64,000 bases of DNA from Eledone cirrhosa. Lineage: Eukaryota. The stretch covers positions 80,228,001 through 80,292,000 of the forward strand of contig OZ024744.1 of assembly GCA_964016885.1 (NCBI GenBank), read 5' to 3'. The position numbers and the translations under genes are program-made. Of this stretch, positions 26,626 to 39,190 are shown in pieces. The notes under the pieces were generated by a model that saw only the letters and a program-made list of their open reading frames with translations, had not been told where the DNA came from and did not search any database. The number at the start of each line of letters is the position of its first letter. Position 1 is the stretch's first letter.

Positions 26626-27118
26626 ACAGCTATATATATATTGAAAAGATGTGTAGCCTAGTAGTTAAGATGTCAGGTGTCTAGACACAATCTCCAGCCT
26701 GGGTAGCATGCTATGTTCTTGAGCAAGTTACTTCCTTTTATGTTTTGGTTCTATTTAAACCTGATAGAGTGTGCACCCTAGTTGTTAAGGTGTTGATTTA
26801 ATGTGTGTAACATGTTACACATAATAAATACCAGCAGGGAAAGTCAAGAAAATTGACCTCAGTGCATTAGTTAGTGGTACTTTATTTTATTGACTCCGTA
26901 AAGATGAAAGACTAAGCTAACCTTGGTAAGATTTGAACTCAGAACATAATGGGCCACCACTCTCTGCTGCAAAATGTAGTTCAATGCTCTCCAGATATTG
27001 TAATTTATATATAATTGTTTCTACGTTAGGCACAAGGCCAGCAATTACCCAGTGCATTACTTTCCACTGCCCCCAAATTGTTGGCCTTGTGCCTAAATCA
27101 GAAACCATTATATATAAA

Positions 27119-27290
27119 GGGCGGTGGATTGGCAGTATTGGTAGAGGGTCAGACGCCATGCTTTGACGTATGGAGTTACGGCCCTTGCCATTCTGAGTTC
27201 AAATCCCGCCAAGGTTAACTTTGCCTTTCATCCTTACGGGGTCGATAAAATAAAGTACCAGTAATGCACTGGAGTTGATTTACTCGACTT
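27119..27290 (+). mobile_element. tRNA-derived SINE (major family)
   Basis: gggcggtggattggcagtattggtagag...gagttcaaatccc. Confidence 0.85.
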
Positions 27291-27714
27291 TCTGTAAAGA
27301 TGAAAGACAAAGCTAACCTCGGCAGGATTTGAACTCAGCACGTAAAGGGACATAACTCTATGATGCAAAGCATGTAGTCCAACACGCTACCAATATTGTA
27401 ATTTATATATAACTAGCTGGCTCCATGCCATAAAAAATTACGGTTACTTTTACGGTAATATTTTATGTACAAAAGGGTATAAAACCAAGTTTTTAGTTTA
27501 ATAATTCATTTATTACAAAATGTTTTGTGAAAAAAAAACGATCTGCAACTAACATAGATAGATAACCAAGATAATATCTTGGTGTTCTTATGTATATATT
27601 TATATGTATGAATATATAAATATAAACACTCAAACACACATATACTCACACAAGTATAAATATATTCTCATAAACTCGTATACTCACACGAACGATGGCC
27701 CACTGTTTTCTATC

Positions 27715-28200
27715 ATCATCATCATTTGGCTACCTCAGCAGAAATGGACTCAACAATTGATCTCCACGTGGGTCTGTCGTTCATTGCCGCCGCCTAGTCC
27801 TGGATTTCAATACGAGAATCTCTGGAGATGACATCGGGATAGGAGAACTTGCGCCCCCTGTTATTAGTGACTGCTTGTGGTTTCCAAAGCACTAATGGGG
27901 ACACAGCCTCATAGGTGGCACGATGGCAGTGGCCAGTAAATCTTACTCTTCTTTTATGTACAACGACAGATATGCGTGGGAGGCTGGCATATATCTCTCT
28001 CAAAGTCAGATGTCGCCAGCTTATGTTCTGAATGCATCAAAGTAGGCAAGTGTAAGTGCCATCAAGGCGCTTTTGTTTTTGAATGAAAGCGTCCATGTTT
28101 CATTTCCATATAGCAAGATTGTTTGAATTGTTACTTGGAAGAGTCTGATTTTAGTGTGGTTGGAAAGATTTGAGCACCAAACTCAATCCATCTTGTTGTC
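27715..28200 (-). mobile_element. Decayed RTE-like LINE 3' end
   Basis: ORF EIYASLPRISVVVHKRRVRFTGHCHR...LVLWKP resembles the 44490 fragment. Confidence 0.7.
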
Positions 28201-28237
28201 ACCACCCGCTTCCTCCCTCAGTCATCTCTCTTTCATT

Positions 28238-28812
28238 TGGCAGTATCGGGAGAGGGTCAGACGCTATGCTTTGTCGTATAGAGTTACGGCCCTTGCCATT
28301 CTGAGTTCAAATCCCGCCGAGGTTAACTTTGCCTTTCATCCTTACGGGGGTCAATAAAATAAAGTACCAGTAATACACTGGGTAATTGCTGGCCTTGTGC
28401 CTAACGTAGAAACAATTATTATAGTTGATGGTTTATGATTAAGGCACAAGGCCAACAATTTGGGGGAGAGGGGAAAGTCGAACAAATCGACTCCAGTGCA
28501 TTACTGGTACTTTATTTTATTGACCCATAAAGATGAAAAACAAAGCTAACCTTGGTGGGATTTGAACTCAGAAATCCATGCTGCAAAGCTTGTAGTCCAA
28601 CACTTTACCAATACTGTAATTTATATATAATAATTATTTCTACTTTTGGCACAAGACCAGCAATTACCCCAGTGCATTACTGGTGCTTTATTTTATCAAC
28701 CCCGTAAAGATAAAATGCAAAGTTAATCTCAGTGGGATTTGAACTCAGAATGTAAAAGGCCATAACTTTGTGTCACAAAGCATGGTGTCTGATGCTCTAT
28801 CGATACTACCAA
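28238..28812. mobile_element. Cluster of three major-family SINEs (+, -, -)
   Basis: Copies at 28238-28420 (+), 28440-28615 (-) and 28632-28812 (-). Confidence 0.8.
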
Positions 28813-29131
28813 TGCAATAATAATCATTAATATTTACAGTGACTACTGTCCCATTGTATAATTTGCCTGGCTCCATGACATCAAAGCATCTATAACATTG
28901 GACAGATTGTTGCGAAAATTTGCAGTAAACTAAAGTAAAGACTTTAATATCTAATGTGATGTAGTCCTACTATTGTTTTGTCATTTTTAAGAATGTCTTA
29001 TTAATGTGGTTTGTTAATTCAAATAATTATAGTATCTCTATTACTGGACAGATTGTAGTGAAAATTTGCATTATGATGCACTAGTGCTGTTTTGTGCATT
29101 TGAAGAATATCTTGATAATGTGGTTTGTAAT

Positions 29132-29272
29132 GATGCTAAAAGTTATGAGGAACAGGAGGCTAAGAGTTATGAGGCACAGGATGCTAAGAATTATGGGTTA
29201 CAGGATGCTAAGAGTTATGAGGTACAGGATGTTCAGAGTTATGACATACAGGATGAGAAACAGTATGTACAG
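29132..29272 (+). repeat. 24-bp tandem repeat, about 6 units
   Basis: Consensus gatgctaagagttatgaggtacag. Confidence 0.85.
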
Positions 29273-29819
29273 AGGAAAGTCATTAAGAATTTCAGATGTA
29301 AAATGGGGAAACCACACCACATCTATACCAAGTGAAGTGATAGGCAACAGTGATGTTGTGCTTGTTGTTATATGTGGGTGATGTATACATGTGTAGGCAT
29401 GCCATAATACCTTTTTCCAACAGTTTTGCCAACCCACTGCACTTATATATACCAATAATACACATGAAATATATCAAAACTGAATGTAACAGTACATATA
29501 CATATCAAACTACAATCATGACGCTACCAAACAGAAAATAAACAAAATTCAAAAAAATCTGTCTCTATATAAATATTAATTTCTGGTTTAGGCACAAGGC
29601 CTGCAATTTTGTGGAAAATGCAAAGTCGGTTAAATTGATCTTTTTGCATGACTCGTATTTTATTTTATTGACCCAGTAATGATGAAATACAAAGCTAATC
29701 TCTGTGGGATTTGAACTCAGAACATAAAGGATCATAGCTCAATGCCACAAGCATGTTGTCCAATGCCCCACTAATACTGTCAATCCATCGCCCTTATGTA
29801 TGCATATATATATATATAA

Positions 29820-30306
29820 TGAAAGAGTGAAGAATAACATGGTCAACAGTACAAAAAGGGTTTTATTTACAGTATTAACAATTGTTTCATTGATTAGGAT
29901 GTCTAAAGATTGCTAATCACTTGAAGTTGTGTCACTCAATCTTAAATACAGTGTATGCTTAATCAAATCATTGGAATAACTGTTATTCCGATGATTTGAT
30001 TAGGCATACACTGTATTTAAGATTGAGTGACACAACTTCCAAGTGATTAGCAATCTTTAGACATCCTAATCAATGAAACAATTGTTAATACTGTAAATAA
30101 AACCCTTTTTGTACTGTTGACCATGTTATTCTTCACTCTTTCACTATTATTACTCCAAGAATGACCTGCATAGGAATTCCCGGGAACTCGCCACCTAACT
30201 AAGGAGACTTCTTGTTGAGTCAAACAACGCCGTACGTTAAAACTATCCACAATACAGAGTACTCACAACCTCTAAGCGGTTACCTATAATGATAATTTGT
30301 TATCCC
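29820..30306 (+). mobile_element. ~324-bp palindrome with an HHR in each arm plus a 3' tail, in (TA)n
   Basis: Arms 29820-29980 and 29982-30143; tail 30144-30306. Confidence 0.85.
29982..30091 (+). ncRNA. Hammerhead motif with long stem II domain (core CCGATGA)
   Basis: gttatt CCGATGA t ttgattagg...cctaatcaa t GAAA caattg TT^aatac. Confidence 0.65.
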
Positions 30307-30719
30307 ATATATATATACTAATATATATATATATGCTAATATATATATATATATATATATACTAATATAATACCCACTGTGTATTTGTCTGTCACACACT
30401 AGAGATGACTGAGGAAGGAAGGGGGGATTATGTCGACTGAGGAGGAAAGGGGTGATAATGTTGATTAAGGAAGGAAGGAGTGATTACGTCGACTGAGGAC
30501 AAACATCTCTTTTTTATATTATGTATAGATATAACAATTAGCTGTCATTTTTGACGGCATGGGACTAGCCAGTCTATATATAAATAATAAAAGAAACCCC
30601 AAAACAAAATTAAATAACTAAATAAAAGAAGGATTTGGTAACTGTTGACAAAATACTACCAATGTGTGGATTGTTTTTTTGAAAAATATCATGTCCCTAT
30701 ATATAGATTATTAATAATA

Positions 30720-31399
30720 CAGTGGTATCTCAGTTCACAAACTTAATTCGTTCCTGAAGGCATTTCTTTCTTCATCCAAAATGTTTGTAAACCGAAACTA
30801 TTTTTCTCATATGGAATGTTCGGAGAGAAATACAGGGAGAGAGAAAGAAAGAGAGAGAGACTGTGTGTGAAAGACAGATAGATATCACCATAGTAACTAA
30901 CTACACGCCAAGTGATGCTTTCCTGCTGATACTCCAAACTTGCCAGCTTGCGTGTTCGTTACTCGAGATGTTTTATGTTCGGAAAAATTGTTCATGAACT
31001 GATTTTTTTTCATGACTAGGATCTTTTCCAATACATTGATGCGTATGTGTATATGTGTGCATGTGTGTATGTGTATATGCATACATTTATATGAATGAGT
31101 ATATAAATATAAACATGCAAACACAGATATGTTTACAAAAATACACACTCATCCATTCACACAAACACGTACACACATACACAGCATAACAAATTGAATG
31201 CCAGCTGCTATTTTGCTATAGTTTATCCACCACCCGCTTCCTTCATTTTACACACACACATACATTCACGTAAGCAACAGATGTAAAGAGAGAGGAGTAG
31301 TATGAGGTAGTCAAACTACTCCTCTCTTTTTATGTGTTGTGACAGAATCACAGAAATTTATATATAGATGAGAGGCATTTGTGAACCACGGTTCCACTG
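30720..31399. mobile_element. Non-autonomous Tc1/mariner (pogo/Tigger-like) DNA transposon
   Basis: TA|cagtggtatctcagttcacaaa ... tttgtgaaccacggttccactg|TA. Confidence 0.75.
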
Positions 31400-31856
31400 T
31401 ATATTATTAGTATACATAGCAGTGGTGTTCTAAAGGTTTTCACATATTGCACACACACAACTATCTGGGATTTCATACATTCTTTGAAACCCAAAGGAAA
31501 ATATTCCACACCCATCTGTACCCTACTTACCCCTTTCCCCCATCCACCCTCTTTCTGCTCCCCTACATAACTTTAAAAAAAAAGAAAAAAAGATATATAG
31601 ATCAGAAACTGATAAGACTTAAAAGAGTGCTTGGAATACATTTAAAGTAATTTTAATCATTCCAGATTCGATGCCTTCACACATGCGCCAGTGTGTATGT
31701 GTGTGTAGTGGGGGAGGGGGGGTATGTCCATGCATATGTGAGTGTTTGTGTGTGTGACTGTGTTTATGCGTATGACTGTTTTTATTTATGTGTGTATATG
31801 TGTGAATATGTGTGTATATGTGTGCTTGTTTATGTGTGTGCATGGGTGTGTTACTC

Positions 31857-31888
<32 letters not shown>

Positions 31889-32287
31889 CACATATTCTAC
31901 ATACAGCTTGTACTGTGGGACATTCCCCTTCAACAGCTGTTGACTGGGGATCACAACAATTTTGGCACCATCTGATTAGTACCACTTCCCCTAGTGGTGC
32001 CAAATATATATAAATTATCATCCTCATCATCATCATCGTCATTATATTCGTTTTTCCATGCTGGCATGGGCTGGACATGATGTTTTGTGTCAATGTTTTA
32101 CAGCCAGATGCCTTCTTGGTACCAACCTTTTTAGTACCTCCTACGATGCTACAATATACAGAGATACTGTGTACCTATCAATCTATATATGTATCTGTGT
32201 ATGTCTATCTATCTGTACAGACATTACACATGCGCACCCCAAATACACACATATATGTATGTGTAATGTGTGTACACACATATATAT

Positions 32288-32772
32288 ATATTGAAAGAGT
32301 GAAGAATAACATGGTCAACACTACAAAAAAGGGTTTTATTTACAGTATTAACAATTGTTTCACTGATTAAGTTGTCTAAAAATTGCTGAACACTTGAAGC
32401 TGTGCCACTCAATTTTAAATACTCTGTTAGCTTAACCAGATCATCAGAAGGGACTGATGATCTGGTTAAGCTAACAGAGTATTTAAAATTGAGTGGCACA
32501 GCAATTGTTCAGCAATTTTTAGACAACTTAATCAGTGAAACAATTGTTAATACTGTAAATAAAACCCTTTTTTGTACTGTTGACCATGTTATTCTTCACT
32601 CTTTCAATATTATTACTCCAAGATAAACTTACATAGGAATTCAACAGAACTCGCAAACTTGCCACCTATGGAAACCTCTTGTTGAGTCAAACAACGCTGT
32701 ACGCTAAAACTATTCACAATACGGAATATTCACAACCTCTGGATTACCTATAACGATATTTTGTTATCCCTT
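32288..32772 (+). mobile_element. Second ~320-bp palindrome of the 29820 family, with tail
   Basis: Arms 32288-32447 and 32454-32610; centre tcatcag-aaggga-ctgatga; tail to 32772. Confidence 0.85.
32454..32553 (+). ncRNA. Hammerhead motif with long stem II (intact core; 5' strand of stem I lost at the fold-back)
   Basis: CTGATGA t ctggttaag...cttaatcag t GAAA caattg TT^aatac; mirror copy on the minus strand. Confidence 0.7.
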
Positions 32773-34285
32773 ATATATATATAAAACCAAAGATTAGTAT
32801 GTTTTGTTGATTACTCAATTAATACAATTTTACAATAGATTAGAAGTACTCAACAAAAAGTTTTCCTGGAGTTTTTAATATTATTCAAAATATTAACAAA
32901 TGAAATATGTTCTCATAATCAAAATATATACTTTATTATATATATTTCAAAGGTACTGTGTTGTTTTTTCAGTACGTCCTTATCGGACAAAATATATGAT
33001 TTGATATATGACATAACACTATGATCTTGATTATTCAATTCCAGTATTGGCAGTGATTTATTTCATCAAATCTCAACATTTATATACCACAAATAATATG
33101 ATAAACTTAAAGAAGAAAAGGACATAGAGCAAATTAGAGATATGAGGGAGGGTGTAAAGAAGAGAAAAGGCATGGAAAAATATATAAATACATATATAAA
33201 TAGATAAATGAATAAAAAATAAATAAATGGATGAATGAATAAAAGAAATATATAAAAAAAGAAAAGAATAACGACAAAAGAGAGGGAAGGTGTGGGGGAA
33301 AGTAAAGGGAACGGGGGGGGGGGGGGGGAATAAAGAAAAATAAGGGAACATCAAATAGAGGGGGATAGAGAAAAAAAACGTTTTCAAATGTTAGATCCAA
33401 TAGGACATCTAATCAATTCACATAAACAATTGCATATCTCTTGTATTTGATTATGCATTAGCAAATTATACTTATATATTATATCAAAATTAATCAGTAT
33501 AGATTACTTTCTATAGCAATCACATATTTAGTTTAATTAAGAATTTATATAATTTAATTTAACTCATTATAGAATATTATTTTTAATTTTAAGGTAAGAT
33601 ATTCTATAAATATTTTGTTACAACTTTAAAAGAATTAATCTTTAAAGCGTATTTAAATAATTATTAAATATGTATTAAAATATAATACCATGCATATATC
33701 AACATCAATACATATAATATATTTAGATCATTTATTACCCAAATTATTTAATTTAATTAGGATATTCTCTTTATAAAATCTTTACTATTCTTTAATTTTC
33801 ATTTAATTCCTAGGATTAAACTGCAGTTATATTTACTCTCAAAAGTTTTATTTCATTAATTCAATGAAAGGTTATATTGACTTCTGTATTTACTTATTTT
33901 GATATATAGTTTCCTTTTAATGATAGTCTTATATTATTAATCTACATATTTCATATCTAATATAATTTAGCAAGCTAGTCAAAAAGAAAAGAAATTTTTA
34001 CGGACAATGTAAACAAAAGGAAGATAACTCATTCACCATATACAAACATTTAAAACTTATATCTAATCTCACGTCCAGCGATATTTCAAAACCATAAATC
34101 ATTTATTGTCTAGTTAAATATTGAACTGTCCTAATCAAAACATAGGATAACGACTCTTAATGAAATTATTCTAATACATATAAATATCAATAAATTATTA
34201 TCACAATAAGGCAAAACTTATATTTAAATTATTAATTGTCAATATTTTTTCGAAACTTGAACATTGCCTGGAAAGTTTTACCAAT

Positions 34286-34646
34286 TTTATGGTGACAACT
34301 ACTAAATAATTCTTTTTTTTTTTTTGTTGATTAAATTGTCATAATTTGTAATTATCTGTTGAGTCTCAAGGTTACAAAGATTGCAATTTTGCGAAATAGT
34401 TGAGTTCTGATAGGAATTAGCATTCTTTAATTTTGTCCAAGAGATATAGTATTTAATATTATTGTCCTTTAAAGAACATACTAATTGTGAAAGTGAAGTT
34501 GAAAATTTCTTATCTGGTTTACTGAAAGAGTGTCTATGATTATACCAACATTCTTTAAATTTAGATGAAGTGGCACCAATGTAATTATATATATTATTAT
34601 TTGTCTTAATGGTACATTTATATACTAGATTCTTGTCAAGGCAATT
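34286..34646 (-). pseudogene. Penelope-type GIY-YIG endonuclease domain remnant
   Basis: Manual translation: NCLDKNLVYKCTIKTNNNIYNYIGATSSKFKECWYNHRHSFSKPDKKFSTSLSQLVCSLKDNNIKYYISWTKLKNANSYQNSTISQNCNLCNLETQQIITNYDNLINKK..ELFSSCHHK, with LVY...YIG, CxLC and CxH motifs; frame across the A-run not certain. Confidence 0.85.
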
Positions 34647-34736
34647 ATTTTGTATTGAGATTTGATGAAATAAATCACTGCCAATACTGGAATTGAATAA
34701 TCAAACCGTAACAGTATGTCATATATCAAATCATAT

Positions 34737-34800
34737 AATTTTTCTGATGAGGACGTACTGAAAAAACAACACAGTACCTTTGAAATATATATAATAAAGT
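34737..34800 (+). ncRNA. Hammerhead ribozyme motif in the inverted terminal repeat
   Basis: CTGATGA ggacgtactg...cagtaccttt GAAA tatata TA^ataaagt; the partner copy at 32930-32993 (minus) has a mutated core CCGATAA. Confidence 0.75.
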
Positions 34801-35073
34801 ATATATTTTGATTATGAGAATACTTTTCATTTGTTAATATATTGAATAATATATATATATATATATATATGGATATTGATCTAAACCCGTTGCTTGGCTG
34901 GTCTCGCTTAGGGATCCGAGATCCAGCCAGATCAGTTTGAGATGGTTGCTTCTGACAGGACCCGCTGGAAGGAGTGTTTGAGAACTGTGCCCCCATGACT
35001 CTCTCAGGAATAAGTGGGCAAAGAAGAGGAAGGAAGGTTCATGTTGAGTTATTATAATTATTAATATTTTTAA

Positions 35074-35290
35074 AGGGCGGTGGATTGGCAGTATTGGTAG
35101 AGCATTGTACACAATGCTTTGCAGCGTGGAGTTACGGCCCTTTACATTCAGAGTTCAAATCCCACTGGGGTTAGCTTTATCTTTCATCTTTATGGGGCTG
35201 ATAAAATAAAGTACCTGTAATGCACTGGGGTTGATATAATCGACTTTCTCTTGTCCTAAAATTGTTGGCCTTGTGCCTAAATTAAAAACC
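35074..35290 (+). mobile_element. tRNA-derived SINE (major family, longer variant)
   Basis: Same head and boxes, with an extra gatataatcgactttctc segment. Confidence 0.8.
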
Positions 35291-35499
35291 CTTCTTATCT
35301 TTCAGTAAGGCTGGGGGTTAGTAGAATTGATAGAGCGTCAGGCACCATTCTTGGCAGAATGGAATTACGGTCCTTTACGTTCTTGGTACAAATCCCGCTG
35401 AGGTTAGCTTGAATTTGTGCCTAAATCAGAAACCATCTATTAATATGTAATACTTTTGTGTATTTGTCCATCACAAGAGTTGACAAAGGACGAAAGGAA

Positions 35500-35635
35500 C
35501 GAGTGATAACGTCGACTGAGGAAGGAAGGGGTGATAACGTTGACTGAGGAAGGAAGCGGTGTTGACAAACTGAGAAAGGAAGGGGTGATGACAAACCGAA
35601 GAAGGAAGTGGTGATAATGTCGAATGAGGAAGGGA
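35500..35635. repeat. ~29-bp tandem repeat (related array at 30405-30500)
   Basis: Unit gtgataacgtcgactgaggaaggaagggg. Confidence 0.75.
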
Positions 35636-35935
35636 GGTTTGGCAGCGTCTAATATTCGCTACACCTGTGTGTCTCTATATGCATAGCGAATTGGCTACAC
35701 ACATTGGCTGTTATGATTATGTGTGTGTGTATATGTGTGTTTGTGTAAATTATATTAATATACAATATTTGTGTGAGTGTAATGTGTTTGTGTGTGTTTA
35801 TTTAGAAAGATACAGAGACAATAGAATTAGAAACACACACGAATCTACACATATCATCGTTTAACATCTATTTTCCATGCTAGCATGGGTTCGTATATAT
35901 AAACAGACACACTTAAAAAACATTATTATTACACA

Positions 35936-36127
35936 GGCGGTGGATTGGCAGTATCGGTAGAGGGTCGGACGCCATGCTTTGACGCATAGAGTTACGGCCC
36001 TTGCCATTCTGAGTTCAAATCCTGCTGAGGTTAACTTTGCCTTTCATCCTTACGGGGTTGATAAAATAAAGTACCAGTAATACACTGAGTAATTGCTGGC
36101 CATGTGCCAAAAGTAGAAACAATTATT
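35936..36127 (+). mobile_element. Full-length tRNA-derived SINE with TSD
   Basis: attattattacaca occurs before (35922-35935) and after (36122-36135) the element. Confidence 0.9.
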
Positions 36128-36944
36128 ATTACACACATACACATCTATATGATGACTGCGGAAGGAGGGGGTGAGAAACTATAGAAGTCCAGCGTTCTAA
36201 GATACGTCAAAGCTGTGTGTTAGTATCACTTGTGTAAATGAGCGCAAAGGAACCAACCAGCCAACCAACAAACAAACAAACATGTCTTTTTTTTTATATT
36301 ATGTATAGATATTACAATTAGCCATCATTTTTGATGGCACAGGACCAGCTATTTATTAATATTTTTAAACCAACTAATTATTGTATTGCTATTGTTTCAT
36401 TGTGAAAGGTAGGTTGCCTTTATAATGTTATTGCTAATATTACATAAGATTTTCTTACTCATTAATCTCGACTGATCTCGACTTTAGTAAGATTAATTAA
36501 TCTACATTTGAGGCTAGAAAGAAAATTATCCTTATTGTTCTTGTGTGTGAGTTATGCCTCATGTTTAAGTAAACATTCTAATCTATTATCTTATTTTTAG
36601 TTTATCAACTATACTATTTACCACACTGTTAATATTATGGTCATTTTTTTTTTATTATTGTTCTTGGTTACGCTTTTATTTAGTAGCTGCTTATAGTAAC
36701 TATTTTTAGTTTTATTAGAAAATATAGATTTTTTTTGTTTTATTTGTTTTGTTTTGTTTTGTTTTTCATATATAATTCTCATTGTTCTTATTATCAGATT
36801 AAAATATATTTTGGAAGGTATTAATGTACTTACAATAAAAGATTAAAAGACAGGGTTCAACAAATTCTAGGTCCTTAATTCTGGGGGAGAAGAAGAATGA
36901 GGATGTGTGTCTTTACATCATAGGAGGGTATTTTGATGACTTAA

Positions 36945-37174
36945 CCCTTTAGCATTTAAACCGGCTGTATCAGGCCAGAATTCTCTCACCTCTTTCTGTT
37001 CAAAGTTCTAACCAGCTGTAGCAGACTGCTCATACTGATGTTAAAGTATTGTACTCAAAATAAATAACATCAAAATATCATAGATTCGATATTATGTGAG
37101 ATAATTATGTAAGGAAAGCCTTTACTGTGAAAAGATAATAGTAAATATAGAGTAATGTAAATAAAACTAAAGGG
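36945..37174. mobile_element. piggyBac-like MITE (other copies 19848-20183 and 42781-42987)
   Basis: TTAA|ccctttagcattt ... aaactaaaggg|TTAT. Confidence 0.7.
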
Positions 37175-38509
37175 TTATGTGACACAGAAAAGGATTTCCA
37201 GAGCATACATTTAACTACCCCTTCAGCTTTCTCCAGTAACTTTTTTTAAATAGCGATTCTAAAATGTTACGGTAATATCCCTTATAGAGTAATAGAGGAG
37301 TTAGAATTGTTTAAATGCAAAGTTGACACACTTGTTTTGTCTTGAATAATCCCACCCCTGCCACTTATTAGTTTTTCAAATTTTGCTAACCTATCTCCAG
37401 CGAAATTTTATTTGACTTACAATAAAATTCATATTGATACAGCAGCTGGAGAATCTAATAATAATTTAATTTTACATTATGTGCTGTTTCCTTGAGCAAG
37501 ACACTTTATTTCACATTGCTCCAGTTTACTCCGCTGTAGAAATGAGATGATAGGGACTGATGTCCCTATTATTCCACTGTAAAGTAGACGTGTAGGCACC
37601 ACGGCAAAAAAGCACCCAGCACTCACTGTAAATGAGGTTGGTGTTAGGAAGGGCATCCAGCTGTAGAAATCAAGCCAGAATCAGTTCCCGTCCCACCCTT
37701 GCAAGCAGGGAAAAGTGGACGTAAAATGATGATGATGATTAAAAAAACATTATATGTGACAAAAAAAAAAGCAAATCTCCACCCCCCACCTGCTTATTCC
37801 ACCCCCACCACCTATTATTCGGGACTAGACACAACAAAAAGAATCCAGTCCACACTGTGAAGTGGTTGTGTAGGTGTCATGACAAAAAGCACCCAGTCCA
37901 CTCTGTAGAGTGGTCATGTCGGTATCACAACAAAAAGCACCCAGCCCACACTGTAAAATGGTCATGTAGGCGTCACAACAAAAAGCACCCAGTACTCGCT
38001 GTAAATGTGGTTGGCGTTAAGAAGGGCATCCAGCAGTAGAAACGAAGCCAAAATCAGTTCTGTATAAGCAAGACATGGTCACCTGACCTAGCATTGCCCA
38101 CAACAAGACAACTCGTCTAACCCATGCTAGAGTGGAACTATGGACGTAAAACGGTGATGATGATGATGACGAGACTAGTCATATAAGGAGACCGTGTCTT
38201 GCACATATGCACCAGTATTTTGGCTTGGTTTCTAAGTCGGAATACAAGTTTCTCTGGTCGGTGAAACTTGTATTACAAGTTAAATACCTCAATGGATATA
38301 AAATAAATTTGATTAGCCTTGTATTCTAAACATAGGGGTCAATTGGTAATAGATATTGCTCCTAACCTGTAAATCACATACATGTAGGTCTTACAACAAT
38401 GAAATATGATATGTGCGTGTGTGTCTGTGAGCATGTATATGTTTGAGAGGGAGAGTGTGTGTGTGTGTGTGTGTATGTTTGTGTATGTACATATATATAT
38501 GTATGTATA

Positions 38510-39190
38510 AAGAGTTAGAGAAGAAATCCTGGCTTGGAAAACAGAAATTAGAATCAAAAGGGCTTAGAGCAAACTTGTGAAAAAGTAAAGTCTTAGAGAG
38601 AAGGAAAGGAAGAAAGACTCTGATCCCTTCAGGGAGGTGGCCTTGCTCGATATGTTGGAAAAGAATAAGTAGAAACTCTATACAATGTACACAATGTAAA
38701 TCTTCAGTACACAAGAGGTGTAGTGGGATTGCAAGCAGACAAATAGAAAAGATAAACTTCATATGTAGCAGATGCACATAGATAGTTAGTAATTGTTTCT
38801 ACTTTAGGCACAAGGCCAGCAATTACCCAGTACATTACTGGTACTTTATTTTATCGACCCCGTAAGGATGAAAGGCAAAGTTAACCTCGGCGGGATTTGA
38901 ACTCAGACTGTAAAGGGACGTAACTATACTAGAAAGCATGGCGTCCAACCCTCTACCGATACTGCCAATAAGAGTATAAATGAAATAAACTTTTTCCAAT
39001 CCCAGGAAAGATCAATAGATGCAGTTGATAGCTTCTGTTAGGTGATATAATTAGCAGTGGAGATTGTTCTGAGAGCATAGTAACTAGAATAAGAACAGGA
39101 AAGAAAACATCAGGAAATTACTGCATCTGTTGATAACAAAAGTTTCTCTACATACGAAAGGTCAGCTGTATGACACCTGTATGCAATTCA
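38510..39190 (+). mobile_element. Decayed RTE fragment interrupted by a SINE (38790-38968, minus)
   Basis: Translates to ELEKK...LESKGL...PSGRWPCSIC...CTQCK..VHKRCSGI, homologous to the 23363-24920 element. Confidence 0.7.

Larger units (their letters stand above)
32783..34850 (-). mobile_element. 5'-truncated Penelope-like retroelement with inverted terminal repeat
   Basis: Inverted repeats about 32880-33075 and 34652-34850, each with an HHR; GIY-YIG remnant inside; TA flanks. Confidence 0.85.

Noticed and set aside
1233-32610. Palindromes as assembly or amplification fold-back artefacts
   Set aside because: Most arms carry substitutions or indels relative to each other, and independent loci share element-defined end points. 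Confirmation in raw long reads is still advisable.
29820-32772. Palindromes as DNA-transposon MITEs
   Set aside because: They are asymmetric with a one-sided tail, contain hammerhead cores, and share their architecture with an element carrying a Penelope-type endonuclease.
35500-35635. CTGAGGA words as hammerhead cores
   Set aside because: They are part of a ~29-bp tandem repeat with no stems and no correctly placed GAAA.
38289-38366. Minus-strand exon candidate with AG/GT boundaries
   Set aside because: It has stop codons in all three frames.
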